Shown: one piece after another, positions 36,541-38,672 of the stretch
Numbering within the stretch: position 1 is the first letter of the stretch
Layout: each line of letters begins with the position of its first letter
NCBI GenBank assembly: GCA_010015585.1
Contig: ML975190.1
Length of the DNA: 38,672 nucleotides
From: Eremomyces bilateralis CBS 781.70
Taxonomy: Eukaryota
Direction: 5' to 3' (one strand)
Notes under the pieces: model-generated
The model's database searches: none
What the model was told of the DNA's origin: nothing
What the model saw: only the letters and a program-made list of their open reading frames with translations
Position numbers and translations under genes: made by a program

Positions 36541-37547
36541 CTAATATTTCGTATGCCACCCTTTTGCCTTGATTACCGCCTGTAGACGTCGCGGAATTGA
36601 GTCGATCAGCTCTCGGATCGTCTCCTGAGGGATCGCCCACCACGCCTCCTTTAACGCCGCATTCATGGCCTCCCGTGCCTCCTCCGAGGCGCCCATCGTC
36701 TTCAATTCAGGGTGCAGCTCTAGGACATTTGATTTCAACAGATGCCATATGTGCTCGATGGGGTTAATGTCTGGGGAATTGGCCGGCCAATCGATGACCC
36801 AAATGCCGTGCGTCTCCAGCCATTCTTGGGTGATTTTAGCCGTATGGATCCTTGCGTTATCCTGGATAACAACATCCCCGGGTTCGTATGTAGGGAGAAG
36901 TCCCTCCTCTAACGTAGTGATGTAGGATTTCGCGGAATAGCCCTATCTTGCGGAGGTTTCGTCGCGGTCGATGATCACCAGGTCTGACCTCCCATCACGC
37001 GAGATTGAGCCCCATATCATCTGTGAAATGGCCTTGCCAGAGGTCTTAGGCTCTACCATTTGCGGATCATATGCCTCGTGGTACAGTCGCCATACCCATA
37101 CCTGCTTACCGCCCGCCCCCTTCTCATACGAGCACTCGTCCNNNNNNNNNNNNNNNNNNNNNNNNNNNNNNNNNNNNNNNNNNNNNNNNNNNNNNNNNNN
37201 NNNNNNNNNNNNNNNNNNNNNNNNNNNNNNNNNNNNNNNNNNNNNNNNNNNNNNNNCTCTCCATACTCCATTTTAGGAAATCGACGCGCGATTTGAACGA
37301 TATGCCGTTCGTCAGGGCGTGATAGCTTATGGGGACACCCTTCACGGGGTAAAGATACGGTGGTTTGATGTTCTTCCCATCTCTCTAGAGTCCCATACAC
37401 CGCGCTTCTAGAGACGCGAAAGTTCCGCGCGATTTCAGTCTTTGGTTTCCCATCTTCAGCAGCCTGAACAATTCCAACTCTTTAAGCGGCCGATAACTCC
37501 TTATTAGGCCCTCGATTACCACTTATTTTTGTGCCAAAAGACCTCAT
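36541..37547 (-). pseudogene. Tc1-family transposase with premature stops
   Basis: HTH (EIARNFRVSRSAVY), DE, MIWG, QDNA-x-WPANSPDINPIEHIW with 34 residues between D and E, C-terminal RRLQAVIKAKGWHTKY; in-frame TAA at 37482-37484 and TAG at 36943-36945; spans an N gap. Confidence 0.88.
37142..37256. other. Assembly gap (115 N)
   Basis: Run of N inside the transposase, consistent with a repeat-induced scaffold gap. Confidence 0.99.
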
Positions 37548-38070
37548 TTTGGTAAAGTTATTGATTGTCAAAGTAAGGGGTGGGTGTAGAGATATTCAGG
37601 TGAGAATGGGTTCTGTGCGCAGACTTTTGGCTTAGTAGTTAGTACAGGCTTGCGGTTGATAGGTTATCCTATCTAGGGCACGCCGTCCTCATAAAGTCTT
37701 CATGAAATCTAACCCGATTTATCTCTAGCGCTCATAAATGCTCTCATAAATACTAGCCCAATTAGGTATAGCATTACCAAATGTGGGTGCCTTAGGCACT
37801 CACATCGGTATTTGTGGATTCTACCCATTCGTAAAGCTCTCTCCAACTGTATATAGTCTTGTAATCAACATTTTCATCGCTTAAATAACCAAACCATAGC
37901 AGGAATGGACGTGTATATACATAGCTTCAATCCTCAATTCTTCATAAAGAAGGCAGGTTACATGACTCATCATGATGAATCAGCAATGCACGAGCCCATT
38001 ACTGCCACCTTTTATGAGATTCCTCCGTAATTCATCATTTAATCCAGATGAGCTCATTTGGACTGCCCTA

Positions 38071-38335
38071 ATCCTATCAAGCCGATTAGATAATCGGGCG
38101 ATCAGCTGATCGCTGGATTATCAGAACCGATCATGATAATTCTTGGTATTATTACGGGGGGGGTCCTCTATTTCGCTAAGCTACGTCCGGGCCATATTAT
38201 TTCTTTAGGATCAAGATTCGATCAAGGGGTTAACTGGTTAACGAGGAAACCGCGCCAAGGCTATCAAAGACTATCCTGATCGTGGCTTGATAATTATCAG
38301 CTGATCGGGCGATTATCTGATAGGCCGATCAAGGT
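38071..38335. mobile_element. Small foldback/MITE-like element with ~75-bp imperfect inverted repeats
   Basis: 38081-38149 aligns with the reverse complement of 38261-38325 (gccgattagataatcgggcgatcagctgat.. vs gcctatcagataatcgcccgatcagctgat..); possible TA flanks at 38069-38070 and 38336-38337. Confidence 0.6.
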
Positions 38336-38672
38336 TACCTCAGCTAGCTCAGGCTATCTCTCAGAGGAGTCTAGCCTTTTTTGGACAGTCACGTTACTTA
38401 AACTACTCCTCTGATAGATAGCCTGAGGACGCTGTCCATCAGCCGCACTGCTCTGCTCTTACTTTCTAGTGTTTTGTGTGTGTGTCTGTCCGTTTGGCAA
38501 AATCACAATCCATCAATAACTACATCAAAACACGACCTGTGTACTCCAAAATTCAATCAATTGTGTATTAAAGTATGCTCTATCTCGTAATTGATTTTTT
38601 TTTTACATGCCCATGCTTCTGTCTGGTGAAAAACGCTAATATGTGGTGAACTAGACTGCGCTGAAATCGTCG

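Larger units (their letters stand above)
36403..37639 (-). mobile_element. Tc1/mariner (impala-like, DD34E) DNA transposon, inactivated
   Basis: Imperfect ~27-bp TIRs (AGACAAATGTCTGCACACA vs reverse-complement AGCCAAAAGTCTGCGCACA) flanked by TA at 36401-36402 and 37640-37641, enclosing a transposase. Confidence 0.85.

Noticed and set aside
37971..38039. ATGATGA..CTGA on the minus strand as a second snoRNA
   Set aside because: Only about 60 nt, no recognisable guide or host intron; explained by a short inverted repeat in degenerate DNA.
1..38672. CRISPR arrays, rRNA or prokaryotic operons
   Set aside because: None seen; the window is intron-containing fungal nuclear DNA.

Overview
Eukaryotic DNA from a filamentous ascomycete (Pezizomycotina; class not determinable from sequence alone), with short GT-AG introns and CTRAC/CTAAT branch points. 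Bases 1-28.3 kb are a housekeeping block: a small hypothetical gene, VPS33, COQ6, a Cys-rich GPI-anchored protein, YPT35, SAS4, TAF2, intronless SF3B1/HSH155, SDC1/DPY-30, RPS13 and LETM1/MDM38. All spliced models close in frame. Between RPS13 and LETM1 is a box C/D snoRNA of the snR48/SNORD60 type, inside the intron of an apparently non-coding host transcript divergent from RPS13. Bases 28.5-38.7 kb form a decaying accessory region: a GGCT-like pseudogene, an HNH-nuclease pseudogene with a likely transposon excision footprint, a secreted/GPI gene broken by one TAG at a probable Trp codon, an intact LysM-LysM-CBM18-GH18 killer-toxin-type chitinase with no C-terminal extension, a Tc1/impala DD34E transposon with RIP-type stops, and a small palindromic foldback/MITE-like element. 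Core genes show alternating C-rich then G-rich blocks on the sense strand. Family assignments come from recognised motifs; no database search was run.
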